Positions 15,013 through 25,741 of a stretch of 34,354 bases of DNA are shown here, piece after piece. Location: the IMG/VR virus record IMGVR_UViG_3300028610_002076, positions 1-34,354 of that record, one strand, 5' to 3'. A program made the position numbers and the translations under genes. Under the pieces are notes generated by a model that was not told the DNA's origin, searched no databases, and was given only the letters and a program-made list of their open reading frames with translations. The stretch comes from a virus (lineage: Duplodnaviria; Caudoviricetes). Position 1 is the stretch's first letter, and each line of letters begins with the position of its first letter.

Positions 15013-15303
15013 ATGAGTAGAGCAATAGCACATCTTATAGAAATAGACAATTCAGGTTTTCAATATACTGGAGTTATTTATGTTTCAGGTTGGTACATAG
15101 TAACTAGTGGTAACACTGCAAGTGTAACAATTGAAGATGTTAATCATGTTCGAGTGATTAGGGGTGTAAGTGCAATAACAAGTGAAAGAATGATTCCTGG
15201 TCCACCTTTAGCTAAACCAGTCAGAATACAAAATTTAAAAGTATTGGATTGGACTAATATAGAAAGAGTTATTATCTTCATTGACAAATTTGGTGCAGAA
15301 TAA
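15013..15303 (+). CDS. hypothetical virion protein
   Basis: 96 aa, beta-rich, in the neck module. Confidence 0.65.
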   Translation: MSRAIAHLIEIDNSGFQYTGVIYVSGWYIVTSGNTASVTIEDVNHVRVIRGVSAITSERMIPGPPLAKPVRIQNLKVLDWTNIERVIIFIDKFGAE

Positions 15304-15313
15304 GGAATAAATA

Positions 15314-15790
15314 ATGACTTCTTATTTTAGAGAACCTAGAAATGTAGAATTGTCCACATTAAAATATCTAGAAGATAGTTTTACGAGTGATTGGTCTGAT
15401 ATTACTATCTGTAAGACTTTTAAACAAGTATATGCTAAAAATACTAATATACCTGTAGTTTGTGTTCGTCTTGCAGATACTAGTACTGTTAGATTAGAAG
15501 TAGGTTCAAAAACTTTAGAAAATAGATATCTAATTATTATTGATGTATTTGCTCGCAGTGATGCTCAAAGATTAGATATTGCAGGTTATATAAAAAATAA
15601 ATTAAAAGATGGATGGGTCCACTATGACCATGGTCATGTTTCAGGTGATAACACTACTTTAGAATTAACAGCAAATGGCAGAGATAACATAACTGAATTT
15701 GTTACAGATGCTAGAATTGATTTTACTGAAACTGTTGATGATAAAGATAAATATAGACATAATATTTCTGTCAGAGTGAGAAAAGGTTAA
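15314..15790 (+). CDS. tail terminator (SPP1 gp17/lambda U-like)
   Basis: 'IPVVCV...IIIDVFARSDAQRLDIAGYIKNKL' pattern typical of tail terminators. Confidence 0.7.
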   Translation: MTSYFREPRNVELSTLKYLEDSFTSDWSDITICKTFKQVYAKNTNIPVVCVRLADTSTVRLEVGSKTLENRYLIIIDVFARSDAQRLDIAGYIKNKLKDGWVHYDHGHVSGDNTTLELTANGRDNITEFVTDARIDFTETVDDKDKYRHNISVRVRKG

Positions 15791-16305
15791 TGAGAATTAA
15801 TATAAAAGTAGTAGGTACAAAACCTGCAGATTTAGAAAAAGAAATAAAATTCAAGTTTATTACTGTAAAAAATGGTTTAAAAAAATTAGGTTTTGATACA
15901 GCTCTTCATATGAAACAAGTTATTCAAAGTAATAAAAAAACTAAATCTAAACAGAATACTTTAGAAAATGCTATTAAAGTATATGTAGAAGAAACTCTAA
16001 ATAGACAAAGTGTTGGTGTTGGTAGAATTCAAGAATTAGATGTTTTAGCTCCATATTGGGCTGCAGTAAATTATGGTGCTCATTATATGATACCAAAATC
16101 AGGAGATATGTATCCTAAAAATGCACAAGCATTAAAATTCATAGGAAAAAAAGATGGTGCTGTTGTATATGCATCTAAAGTAAAACAAAGAGTACAAAAT
16201 ATATCTCCAATGAATTATATAGAAAAAACAGTGAATTGGCTTTTAACTGTTTGGAAAGTACAATTTTATAATTGGACTAGTGTAACAAAGACACATGCAA
16301 GATAA
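15790..16305 (+). CDS. tail completion/neck protein (HK97 gp10-like)
   Basis: 'LENAI...APYWAAVNYG...PKNAQALKF...PMNYIEK' motifs; basic. Confidence 0.7.
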   Translation: MRINIKVVGTKPADLEKEIKFKFITVKNGLKKLGFDTALHMKQVIQSNKKTKSKQNTLENAIKVYVEETLNRQSVGVGRIQELDVLAPYWAAVNYGAHYMIPKSGDMYPKNAQALKFIGKKDGAVVYASKVKQRVQNISPMNYIEKTVNWLLTVWKVQFYNWTSVTKTHAR

Positions 16306-16352
16306 TAACCTAATGGAGAGGTTTTAAAATTTTCAAGGGAGGAAAATATTAA

Positions 16353-17555
16353 ATGATACATACAAGTAATTACAAACCTAAAGTAATACCGATATTTGCA
16401 GATCTAGATCCAGTTGAGATTGACAGAGTGCAGGAATTAACTGCTGCAATTTCTCTTAACAGAGATAAGATTGAAGAAGTTGGTAGAGTTGGTATACTTG
16501 ATTGGAGAAAAATGGCACCTGGAGTTGGTGTCACTTTAAGACAACTAGAATATGGATCTATGGATTTTTGGAGGAAATTAGCTAATTCAAGCAATGCTGT
16601 TAATACTATTGAATTTACAGATTTTAAATCTTCTGCTGTTGATATAGCAGGATATAAAACAGATGATGATGGAACATTTTTGGGTACTGTGTATTATCCT
16701 ATGTTAAGATTAGCTGGTTTAGGATTAGCTATTGGAGATCCTGATGCTTTGATTGAAAGATCCTTTACTCTTAATGGTGAAGATGAAAAAATGTTGCAAG
16801 GAACAAATAAATTTTTATGTTTTAAAAGAAGTTCTATCAGTGCAGGTGCGAATCAAACAGTTTCTCTTTCAGCACCAACACCTGTTGCAGATCCTGATAA
16901 TAGTGGTAAATATTTATTTAGAGTTACTAGAAGTAGAGCAGGAGCAACAACTGAATTAACACATGGAACTCAATGGAGTTATGATGGTGCAGGAAATTTA
17001 ACAATCAATGGTACTTCAAATTCTGGAGATTTGATTAGAGTTTGGTATTCTGCTGGTTCTTATATGAGTAATGAAACAGTTTTTCTTAAAAATGATGTTG
17101 ATGTAGCAGGAATACAAGCAGATTGTGTTAGTATTTTCTTAGAAACTACTAATCAAGTTTACAGATTACAAACTGTAGGTATAGATAGTACTTTTGATAG
17201 ATTAGATGTTAGAGAAATTGGTAATAAACATGTTGTAGCTAGAGGAATCAGAGATATTACAAATAGAGTTACTTTAGGAAGAATTTTAGAAGATTATGAT
17301 GTTGAAGAAGTATTAAGAGGAAAAGCTGGAACTGATTATCCTATAATTGATATCAGAGAGTTAAGTGATGAGTTAAGTTTAACAATTAAAATTTATGAAG
17401 ACAATACTAAAACCAACTTCAAAATTGGTTATAAATTTAGAGATTTAGCACCTGTTGGTATTGATGATGGAACACCTGTTAATGATTATGTTTCTAAAGG
17501 TGTAACGCTTGAAGGTGAAAGTGCTTTTATAACAAATCAAAGTAGTCTTCTGTAA
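16353..17555 (+). CDS. major tail tube protein with inserted beta domain
   Basis: 400 aa; GGAGG SD; duplicated tube-like motif 'R.KIEEVGR' / 'RLDVREIGN'; precedes the chaperones and tape measure; no sheath gene seen. Confidence 0.72.
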   Translation: MIHTSNYKPKVIPIFADLDPVEIDRVQELTAAISLNRDKIEEVGRVGILDWRKMAPGVGVTLRQLEYGSMDFWRKLANSSNAVNTIEFTDFKSSAVDIAGYKTDDDGTFLGTVYYPMLRLAGLGLAIGDPDALIERSFTLNGEDEKMLQGTNKFLCFKRSSISAGANQTVSLSAPTPVADPDNSGKYLFRVTRSRAGATTELTHGTQWSYDGAGNLTINGTSNSGDLIRVWYSAGSYMSNETVFLKNDVDVAGIQADCVSIFLETTNQVYRLQTVGIDSTFDRLDVREIGNKHVVARGIRDITNRVTLGRILEDYDVEEVLRGKAGTDYPIIDIRELSDELSLTIKIYEDNTKTNFKIGYKFRDLAPVGIDDGTPVNDYVSKGVTLEGESAFITNQSSLL

Positions 17556-17562
17556 GATACAA

Positions 17563-17585
17563 AAGGGGGAGTGAAACTTCCCCTT
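17563..17585. terminator. GC-rich hairpin after the tail tube gene
   Basis: AAGGGGGAGT-GAA-ACTTCCCCTT; weak U tract on +, A run upstream. Confidence 0.55.
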
Positions 17586-17605
17586 CCATAACGTAGGAGG
17601 TAGTA

Positions 17606-17875
17606 ATGAGTAAGGAAAAGTTATTATTATTAAATATAAGTGATGAGTATTTAAAAGAATTACTTGATTATATCAGTAGATCTTTAGTTGGAAAAATACT
17701 CAAAAGATTTGAAATTTTAGATAACAAAGATGCGATTAAAAAAGCTTCAAGAGAACTTGTTTATGAAGAATTAAGAAATCTTCACAAACTGATTGAAGCT
17801 CATACAAAGGGATTAAATATATCACAATTTAAATTCAAAAAACCAAAACCAGAGAACCTTACTAATAATCAATAG
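17606..17875 (+). CDS. hypothetical protein
   Basis: 89 aa; AGGAGG SD; bracketed by two hairpins. Confidence 0.75.
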   Translation: MSKEKLLLLNISDEYLKELLDYISRSLVGKILKRFEILDNKDAIKKASRELVYEELRNLHKLIEAHTKGLNISQFKFKKPKPENLTNNQ

Positions 17876-17892
17876 TAGGGTTCTCTTTTTTT
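17851..17892 (+). terminator. intrinsic terminator
   Basis: AGAGAACCTTACTA-ATAATCAA-TAGTAGGGTTCTCT plus a T run. Confidence 0.8.
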
Positions 17893-17905
17893 ATTGGAGG
17901 TAAGA

Positions 17906-18559
17906 ATGGAACAAAATAAGGCAAAAATCAATGAAGAAGTACAAAAAATAAAAAGTAAAGTTCAAAAAGTAATTGATTTTGATAAAATAGAAGAATTGTT
18001 AATGAATAACAAAGTAGAGTTTGATTATGATAAAGTTAAATATAAAGTTGTTAGACCAAGTTTTAAACAAAAACAAGAAGTTAATGAAAAGAGAATAGAA
18101 AAATATACTCTATTATTACAAAATGAAAAATTCTTGTTAGAGGAAGATTTAATAAAGTTATATAAAAAACGTGGTATTGATATAGAAGCAATGAATAAAA
18201 ATTATGATGCATTAGAAGAACAAAAAAGTAAATTGTTATTTGAATTAGGTAAAGCTATTAAAGAGAAAAAACCTGAAAAAGACTTACAACCTTATAGAGA
18301 TGAAATATCAAAATTAAATACTCAACAAGAAGAAATTGTAATGAGAAAAGCTGTCTTATTGGATTCTTCTATTGAATGTCAAGTTAATGTTTATAGTTAT
18401 TCTTATTTAGCTTATTTAATAACTGAAAAATCGGTAAATAATAAATGGATAAAAGCTTGGGATACTTATGATAGTTTTTTAAATAGTGAAGAAACATTAA
18501 TTACTACTGTAGTTATGCATGCTTCTTTATTAACTAAAAATGAAATACCTATTTTTTAA
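17906..18559 (+). CDS. tail assembly chaperone (G-like)
   Basis: GGAGG SD before ATG 17906; coiled-coil; two genes upstream of the tape measure. Confidence 0.65.
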   Translation: MEQNKAKINEEVQKIKSKVQKVIDFDKIEELLMNNKVEFDYDKVKYKVVRPSFKQKQEVNEKRIEKYTLLLQNEKFLLEEDLIKLYKKRGIDIEAMNKNYDALEEQKSKLLFELGKAIKEKKPEKDLQPYRDEISKLNTQQEEIVMRKAVLLDSSIECQVNVYSYSYLAYLITEKSVNNKWIKAWDTYDSFLNSEETLITTVVMHASLLTKNEIPIF

Positions 18560-18561
18560 TC

Positions 18562-18909
18562 ATGGAAAACATTGATAAAATTATAAGGGGTTTAGCTAAA
18601 AATAATTATTGGCAATGCTTGTATGCATGTGCTAAAGAAACAAGTATAAGATTATTTAAAAACAATGACAGTTTTACTCATTTACAGGTATTTTTTCTAA
18701 ATTTTCTAAATTTTTATCATAATATTTTTATAGATATTGCTATGGGTGATGTAAATGAAGTAGTATTAAAAGATGACATATATGAAGATGCTTATGTGTA
18801 TTATAAAAATAAAAAAAGAGGTTTGAAAGAAGAACCAAAACAAGTGCAAGATAATAAAAAACAAACAAAAACATCTTATTGGGTTTTCAACAAACCCAAA
18901 AGGAATTAA
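18562..18909 (+). CDS. tail assembly chaperone second ORF (T-like)
   Basis: In the -1 frame relative to the upstream chaperone, no clear SD, directly precedes the tape measure. Confidence 0.6.
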   Translation: MENIDKIIRGLAKNNYWQCLYACAKETSIRLFKNNDSFTHLQVFFLNFLNFYHNIFIDIAMGDVNEVVLKDDIYEDAYVYYKNKKRGLKEEPKQVQDNKKQTKTSYWVFNKPKRN

Positions 18910-18915
18910 CAAATA

Positions 18916-21525
18916 ATGGATACCAGAACATTACGTTATATAATAGAATTTGATGCTAAATATGCTGCAAAAATGGAAAGAGTTTTACAGAGAACAAGAA
19001 AAGCAACTGATGCAGTTGATGGTAGTATGAGAAGAGCTTCAGCTAGTAGTAAAAATTTATCACATAGTTTTACTGGACTTGCTAAAAGAGCTTTCTTAGT
19101 TATTCCTGTTTGGTTGGCTTTGCGTAATGTCTTTTTAGCATTTATAAATACAATAAGAGAAGGTGTTCAGCATCTAAAAGAATTTGATAAAGCTATGGCA
19201 AGAGCACTTGCTGTAACTCATGGTGTTAAAGATATGGCTAAATTTACTGAAGAATTAAGAACTAAAATCAGAAACTTATCTATAGACACAGGCGAAAGTG
19301 TAGATAAAATTGCAGAAGCTTACTATAGATTTGGTACTGCTGGTCATGGTGTTGAAGTATCTTTGGCTGGTATGGGGTTGGCTATAAAAGCAGCGATCGC
19401 TGTTATGGGAGATTCTACTCAAACAGCTAGAACTATGGCTGATGTTTATAATTTAATGAAAAACAACATTAAAGGTGCTGTAGGTGTTCATGAAAAAATG
19501 CAGAAAATAGCATCTACCATAGCTGTTCTATGGGCACACAACGCCTTTGAATTAAATGAATTCAATACTGCTTTAGCTAGATTTACTGGAGTAGCTAAAA
19601 ACTACAATTTAACTATGGATGAGTTAATGAGTCTTTTAGCTGCATCTCATACTCTTATGCAACGTGGTGGAACTGCTGGTGCTCAATTAAGTAGAACCTT
19701 TATGATGATGACCAGTAGGATTAAGAGAGTGGAAGTAGAATTAGGTAGATTAATTGACCTAAAATCCGAAAGAATATTTGATGTATATTTAGAATTATTA
19801 AGAAAAATTAATGTAGAATATGCTGATTCTGCATTAAAAATGAAAGTTTTAAATGATATTTTTGGTATGAAAGGAATGAGAGTTACAGGTTCCTTTGCTG
19901 CAAACTTGGGTAAAGTAGTTGAAGAATTAGAAAGATTACAGAACTTACCTTTAGGTGAAAGAATGAAAAAACTTAATGAATTGTTCGAGTTACAAATGAA
20001 TACCATAGATAGACAACTTAAAAGATTTAGGGAATTAAAACAAGTTACTATAGAAGCTTTTGTTATGGGTGTTACTGGAGCAGCTAATTTTGTAGATGCT
20101 TTAAAAACTATTAATGATTATATGGAAAATAATTTAATACCAAGAGCTATGTTTTTCGGTATTACTATGAGAAGAATTTTTGAATCTCTGGCTAAAGCTA
20201 AAGATGTAGTTTCTGGTAAAGCAACAATTGAAAGTCCTACAAAAAAAATGGGTGAAATATATGCTAAAAAATATTTTGAAACTCAACCTGGATCTATAAC
20301 TGCTCCTGGAACTGAATTACCAGTAGAAACATCTTTCAAAAAAGATTTTCTTGGTCCATTTGAACAAGCTAAAGCTGGAGGAGATGTAGTTAAAATGATG
20401 AAAATGTTAGTTGTGGATTTGGGAATGGCAGAAAGTGAAGCTAAAAAATTCTTAAATAGAACAGAAGAAGTTACTTTTGAAATGATTAAATGGCAAAAAG
20501 GTGTAACAACAGCTACAGGACTTATGGAAAAGTTAAGTGGACAAACAAAAGTAAACGTATCAGAAACTGAAAAAATGGCTGCTTTATATATTATGATGAA
20601 AGCATCTTTAGCATATCAATTATTAGAATCTGAAAAATTAACAATGTTTGGTTTTAGTCAAGTCCAAATAGAACAAGATAAGTTAGATAAGATGATAGCT
20701 CAAAAAGACCAATTAAAAAATCAAGAAGATATAGTTAAACAAATGTTAAAGCTTCAAAAAGCTATTAATGCTGAAGCTATTAAATTTAGTGGTCAGCTTC
20801 AAGGTGCTTTTCAAAATGCATTAGCTGGTATATTAAAAGGAGAATCCTCACTGAAAGAAGCTTTTAAGGATTTAAGTAAAAGTATGAGTGATATTTTTGC
20901 TGATATGTTTGCTGGTCAATTAACTAGAGTATTAGCAGCTACTGGTGTTTTTGCTCAAGGTGGAGGAATGGCTGCAGGGATAATGGGTGCTTTAGGTGGG
21001 GTACAATCTAAAATATATATTGCTTTTGTTACTGGAGGAGATATAGCTGCTGCAAAATTAAAAGCAGCTTTAGTAACAGGTGCTAAAGCTGGAACTGCAG
21101 GTGGGGGTGCTGCTGGAGATAAAGAAAAAGGACCTGGACTTATGCAATATGGAATGTCTGCTGCAATGGGAGCTATAGCAGGTGCTGGTGGTGGTGGTGG
21201 TGTAGCAGGTGGTATAATGGGTGGAGTTGGAGGAGCTTTAATGATGATTCCTGGATGGGGACAGATTGCAGGTATGGCTTTAATGATGGGTAGTTCGTTA
21301 ATGGGAAAAATGAAATCTAAAACAGAGGTAACAGAATCTCAAAGAACTCTCCAAATAACAAGTAGAATAAATGTTACAAATAAAAAATTAGATATAGTAA
21401 ATAGAAATTTAGTAGAATTAAAAAATACAATGGAAACATATCTATTACCTGGATCAGCATATTTTGCTGAAAAACGTAATATAGAAGACCAATACAGTCT
21501 ACATGCACGAAGAGGATTAGTATAA
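18916..21525 (+). CDS. tape measure protein (TP901-family-like core)
   Basis: 869 aa helical; 'EFDKAM', 'IAEAYYRFGTAG' and 'GGTAGAQL' motifs; Gly/Ala-rich hydrophobic C-terminal region. Confidence 0.92.
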   Translation: MDTRTLRYIIEFDAKYAAKMERVLQRTRKATDAVDGSMRRASASSKNLSHSFTGLAKRAFLVIPVWLALRNVFLAFINTIREGVQHLKEFDKAMARALAVTHGVKDMAKFTEELRTKIRNLSIDTGESVDKIAEAYYRFGTAGHGVEVSLAGMGLAIKAAIAVMGDSTQTARTMADVYNLMKNNIKGAVGVHEKMQKIASTIAVLWAHNAFELNEFNTALARFTGVAKNYNLTMDELMSLLAASHTLMQRGGTAGAQLSRTFMMMTSRIKRVEVELGRLIDLKSERIFDVYLELLRKINVEYADSALKMKVLNDIFGMKGMRVTGSFAANLGKVVEELERLQNLPLGERMKKLNELFELQMNTIDRQLKRFRELKQVTIEAFVMGVTGAANFVDALKTINDYMENNLIPRAMFFGITMRRIFESLAKAKDVVSGKATIESPTKKMGEIYAKKYFETQPGSITAPGTELPVETSFKKDFLGPFEQAKAGGDVVKMMKMLVVDLGMAESEAKKFLNRTEEVTFEMIKWQKGVTTATGLMEKLSGQTKVNVSETEKMAALYIMMKASLAYQLLESEKLTMFGFSQVQIEQDKLDKMIAQKDQLKNQEDIVKQMLKLQKAINAEAIKFSGQLQGAFQNALAGILKGESSLKEAFKDLSKSMSDIFADMFAGQLTRVLAATGVFAQGGGMAAGIMGALGGVQSKIYIAFVTGGDIAAAKLKAALVTGAKAGTAGGGAAGDKEKGPGLMQYGMSAAMGAIAGAGGGGGVAGGIMGGVGGALMMIPGWGQIAGMALMMGSSLMGKMKSKTEVTESQRTLQITSRINVTNKKLDIVNRNLVELKNTMETYLLPGSAYFAEKRNIEDQYSLHARRGLV

Positions 21526-21920
21526 TGGCAGAAAGACAATCTTGGAGTATATATATAGAAGCTTCAGGAGACCAATGGGATGCTGATGGAACTATTTATC
21601 GCCCTAATGATGATTTAGATATAAATGTAATCAGTACTCAAACAAAAACAAAATTAGCAGATGGTAGTAATGCTTTTGTCAATCCTGAAACTAAATCTGT
21701 AAAAGAACCTATAAGACTTCTTTGGCTTGAATTAACAGATTCAGATTATAATAATTTAAGAGCAAAAATACAAGCATATATAGATGCAGGAACTAAAGTA
21801 AAAATTGTAGACCACAATTCAGATGAATATATAGGAAGATTTCTTAATGTTAGAAGAATTTGGTTAGTAGGTATAGAAGATACAGAAGATTTAGAAGCAG
21901 TATTTGAGAGAATGGAATAA
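21525..21920 (+). CDS. distal tail protein (Dit-like)
   Basis: 131 aa immediately after the TMP; 'TKLADGS...IRLLW..LT..DY..L' pattern. Confidence 0.65.
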   Translation: MAERQSWSIYIEASGDQWDADGTIYRPNDDLDINVISTQTKTKLADGSNAFVNPETKSVKEPIRLLWLELTDSDYNNLRAKIQAYIDAGTKVKIVDHNSDEYIGRFLNVRRIWLVGIEDTEDLEAVFERME

Positions 21921-22108
21921 TGGAACAAAAACAAGATACTAGACTTACTATTAAATTTAAACTTACTTGTAAATGTGGTAATGATAACATAGGTAAATTT
22001 ATTATTAATAAAGGATTAAACTGTATTGAATTATTATGTGTAATATGTGAAAAAAAATATGAAGTTAAATTAACTTCAGAAGAAATAAAATTATGGCAAA
22101 AACATTAA
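21920..22108 (+). CDS. small Zn-finger protein
   Basis: CKCGN...CVIC in 62 aa; coupled to both neighbours. Confidence 0.6.
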   Translation: MEQKQDTRLTIKFKLTCKCGNDNIGKFIINKGLNCIELLCVICEKKYEVKLTSEEIKLWQKH

Positions 22109-25100
22109 CCTCAACTATACAAAATCAAATAGACAATCAAGATATTAAAATCACATTTACATTTAAGATTGATAGTACTGATTTTTCTTCTTATCTTTTG
22201 GATTGGAATGATTCTACTGATAAAAATTTTGGTGCTGCTTCTGCTACTTTCACTTTAAATAATGATGATGGTAGATTTAGTAATAGTGGAATTAATCAAA
22301 TAGATGTGGGAGATACAGTAGAATTAATAGAAAATTATGGGGGAGATACAACAAACTGGAAAAGATTTTATGGTTTAGTTACTCAACGTTCTATAGGAAA
22401 AACTGCTACAACAAGAACTATTAGTATAAGCTGTCTTGATTATATTTCTGTATTACAGAGTTTAGATATAGATTTAGTGATAGAAGGAACTAAAGTTAAA
22501 GTAGAAAACGAAACTTTAACTCCAAATTATTTAGCATCTCCTAATGACAGTTTGGCTCAATTATATGATTTTGCTAATGATTCTTTATGTGATAATCCTT
22601 TACCTATTGTGGTAATTTATGATAGAGTAAATAGTTTAGACGACCCTCAATATGATGGATTGGAAATATTATATGAGCAAGGGCAATTGAAATTAGGTAG
22701 TCCTTTAAATACAAAATATAATTATCATGTAATAGCGAGAGAATATCATTATTATACAAAAGGTAAATATATTGAAGATATATTTGAAGAAATAATTACA
22801 GAAGTAGATGGTTATGGTAAATATTTATTTGGAGAATCTTCGGCTTCAGATGTAATAACTAATCATTTAACAACTACTTTTAATGAAGAAGAAGGAACTA
22901 ATCAAGATATAATGACACCAAATTATACTTCTTCTACTATTACTATAGAAACTACTTTATCTGCTAATATTTCGGCAGGAGTAACAAGTATAATTCTAAC
23001 AGATGCTAGTGGTTTTTCAACTAGTGGTACAGGTTCTATAAATGGTGATACTTTTACTTGGACAGGAAAATCTAGTAATACTTTAACAGGTATTCCTACT
23101 TCAGGTTCTAATTCTCTTAAAGCTCATAGTTCTGGTGATTATGTAGAATATGAAGCAACTTATTCTCCTGGACGAGTGTGGTATTTAACTTACAGTAATG
23201 TTCAAACAGATTTAAGTGATAGTGATTTTACAATTCCTTCTCCTGGAAGATTCTTTTATTTTGATAAAAGATATGGTAGAATAATTTTAACTACTAATAT
23301 TGGTACATCTTCTACGGTAATCAGTAATACAAATTATACTTTCAAAACTTTACAAGCAACTGGAATAGAATTGAATAAAATATCATTTCGTTCTAGAGAA
23401 GTAGCAAATAGATTTGAAGCTATTAATAAATTAAGAAATTATTTAGCTCCTAATTTTATAGTAAGAACTCAAGGGGATAATAAAATATGGGCTTCCTATT
23501 TATCTCAGAAAGTAAATGAGGACTATGATTTAGCTTTAATGACTAATGTAAATTATCTTGAAGATGAAGATTTGTATACAAGAATTTTATTTTATGGTAA
23601 AAATAAAACTCCTACAAATATAATGTTCGGTCAAGATATAGCTTTTATTACTCCTGACGTATCATATAAAGGAACAGCTAATCAAACAGAATTAAGTTAT
23701 GATAGAGATTCTGGTAATTATTATGTATATAAAACTACTATAAGTGGAGCAGGTTATATTGATTTAGATACTATAAAACCGATAGTCTATATCAATGGGG
23801 TTGCTATAGATAATAATATGAAAAGAATGAGTGCTCTACCTGTACAAATAGAGGTAAAATCAAGAACATTTACACGAACAGGTTGTCATGGTTATAGTAG
23901 TGAAACTTATACAAAAATTCACAGTTATTATTATTATAAAGTAATATTTCCTCACACTAGTATAGAAGCATCTCAACCAATTCGTTTATATAATTCACAG
24001 GGAACATTAACTAACACCATTAGTGCTTACGATTATAATATGGATTATGGTAGAGGAATATGGTATGTTCCTGGTATTGAACAAAATTCTAAAATAGAAA
24101 GTTTATCTACATCAACTTATTTTGTAATGTATTCTACAGGTAAATTAGTAATAGATTATGATGTTGTAGAATTTCTTATAGATAAATCTTTAGTTCCTTC
24201 TAGAGGAAAAGAAATAGTTACAGCAACTTTTGAATATTGGACTGTTATGATTCCTGTTACAGATATAGCTAGTATAATAGATGGTAGATGGGATAGTCAG
24301 ATACAAACAGAATTTTTTACTCAGCCACCTTCAGGATATAATTTTGCAATTCTTGATTTAGGACAAATTTATACAATACAAGCAATGGATTTAGTTGCTG
24401 GTTTTTTTAGACCTGATGAAATAAGAAAATATGATATAAATATGAGTTTAACATTACAATATTCTACTGATAACATTAATTATTATGCTATTAGCAGTGA
24501 AACTAAAGATTTTCAGTTAAATGGAGGTGAATCAATCAGTTTTGAAGAAAGTGATTTAGGAATTAATTTCCAAGCAAGATATTTAAAATTAATATTAGAA
24601 GATATTAAAAAAATAGATTTTAGAGATGGAGTTTGGGTAGTAGCTCTTTCAGAATTTTCTGCTTATAATGATATATATTTAAAATCTGAAAGTAAATTGA
24701 TAGCTACTACAAAATTAACTAAAGGAGTAAATGCTGGAGAGGAAGCTGTTGAAGTTGTATCTACAGCAGATTTTACAGATCCTGATTCTGGAGAAGAGAA
24801 AACAGCTTATATAGGAACTAATGCATTTACATATACTGATTTAACTTCAACACAATTTAGAGGTTGCACAATAGATAGTGGTATAACTGGAGAAATTGAT
24901 GATAGAGTAAGTCAAACAATGGAAGATGATACTAGTATTTATGATGATGATGGTTTGCTTCAAAAATTAGGAGATAGAGTTTATAAAGATATAAGAATAG
25001 ATGATGAATTTTTATATACACAATCTCAGCTAGATTTAATTTCAAAAGCATTTCTTGAAGAATATTATAAAAATCATACAAAAATAAGTGTAGATGTTTT

Positions 25101-25239
25101 GTATGCTCCTTATCTTCAAATAGGACATACAGTAAAAGTTACTGATGTATATAATGATATAGATAGAAATTATTTTATTGAAGGGATAAATGACAGAAAT
25201 GGTTATTACAATTTAACTTTAGCATATTATCCAGATTAA
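22093..25239 (+). CDS. baseplate hub/tail tip protein with discoidin (F5/8-type C-like) insertion
   Basis: Hub motifs 'ATFTLNNDDGRF', 'RFYGLV', 'ISCLDY' and C-terminal 'APYLQIGHTVKV.D...YFIEGI'; 'IIDG...ILDLG...LQYSTD...ARYLKL...LSEF' discoidin signature at about 24270-24670. Confidence 0.78.
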   Translation: MAKTLTSTIQNQIDNQDIKITFTFKIDSTDFSSYLLDWNDSTDKNFGAASATFTLNNDDGRFSNSGINQIDVGDTVELIENYGGDTTNWKRFYGLVTQRSIGKTATTRTISISCLDYISVLQSLDIDLVIEGTKVKVENETLTPNYLASPNDSLAQLYDFANDSLCDNPLPIVVIYDRVNSLDDPQYDGLEILYEQGQLKLGSPLNTKYNYHVIAREYHYYTKGKYIEDIFEEIITEVDGYGKYLFGESSASDVITNHLTTTFNEEEGTNQDIMTPNYTSSTITIETTLSANISAGVTSIILTDASGFSTSGTGSINGDTFTWTGKSSNTLTGIPTSGSNSLKAHSSGDYVEYEATYSPGRVWYLTYSNVQTDLSDSDFTIPSPGRFFYFDKRYGRIILTTNIGTSSTVISNTNYTFKTLQATGIELNKISFRSREVANRFEAINKLRNYLAPNFIVRTQGDNKIWASYLSQKVNEDYDLALMTNVNYLEDEDLYTRILFYGKNKTPTNIMFGQDIAFITPDVSYKGTANQTELSYDRDSGNYYVYKTTISGAGYIDLDTIKPIVYINGVAIDNNMKRMSALPVQIEVKSRTFTRTGCHGYSSETYTKIHSYYYYKVIFPHTSIEASQPIRLYNSQGTLTNTISAYDYNMDYGRGIWYVPGIEQNSKIESLSTSTYFVMYSTGKLVIDYDVVEFLIDKSLVPSRGKEIVTATFEYWTVMIPVTDIASIIDGRWDSQIQTEFFTQPPSGYNFAILDLGQIYTIQAMDLVAGFFRPDEIRKYDINMSLTLQYSTDNINYYAISSETKDFQLNGGESISFEESDLGINFQARYLKLILEDIKKIDFRDGVWVVALSEFSAYNDIYLKSESKLIATTKLTKGVNAGEEAVEVVSTADFTDPDSGEEKTAYIGTNAFTYTDLTSTQFRGCTIDSGITGEIDDRVSQTMEDDTSIYDDDGLLQKLGDRVYKDIRIDDEFLYTQSQLDLISKAFLEEYYKNHTKISVDVLYAPYLQIGHTVKVTDVYNDIDRNYFIEGINDRNGYYNLTLAYYPD

Positions 25240-25254
25240 AGTAAGGAAGAAATA

Positions 25255-25734
25255 ATGAAATCTATGACCCATGATTTGCGTAAAAAGATAAAGATGTATA
25301 TTAAAAACAGATTAGATATTTCGGAACTTATAAAAGATGTTTCAATTAAAGGAGAAGACTTATCTAGAGCTATAATTATACGATTAGTTAAGGTAAATTG
25401 TGATTTATCAGCTTGTAATTTTTCTGGAGCTGTAATAGGTAAAGAGGGAGAAATTGTACAACTCTCTGGTTCTATATTACGTGATTGTAATTTTACTGAT
25501 GTAAAGTTTATAGGAAAGATTTGGATGAGAAAAGTAGATGCTAGAGGTTCAAATTTTAATGGTTGTTTTATGCCTTATTTAGAATACCAATATTCAGATA
25601 TGAGAAATTGTAAATTTTGTGGCACAATTATCAGATTAGGTTCTAAAGAAGGATATAAAGCAAAAGTTGATGGAAGTATTTTTGAAGCTTTATCTAAAGC
25701 GTGGAATGTAAATATAGAAATAAAAGAAAAGTGA
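25255..25734 (+). CDS. pentapeptide-repeat protein
   Basis: EDLSR, CDLSA-CNFSG, SILRD-CNFTD, VDARG-SNFNG and SDMRN-CKFCG repeats. Confidence 0.8.
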   Translation: MKSMTHDLRKKIKMYIKNRLDISELIKDVSIKGEDLSRAIIIRLVKVNCDLSACNFSGAVIGKEGEIVQLSGSILRDCNFTDVKFIGKIWMRKVDARGSNFNGCFMPYLEYQYSDMRNCKFCGTIIRLGSKEGYKAKVDGSIFEALSKAWNVNIEIKEK

Positions 25735-25741
25735 GTAAGAA

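Noticed and set aside
16353-17555. Contractile tail sheath
   Set aside because: There is no separate tube gene or baseplate wedge/J genes; the order tube-chaperones-TMP-Dit-hub fits a siphovirus.
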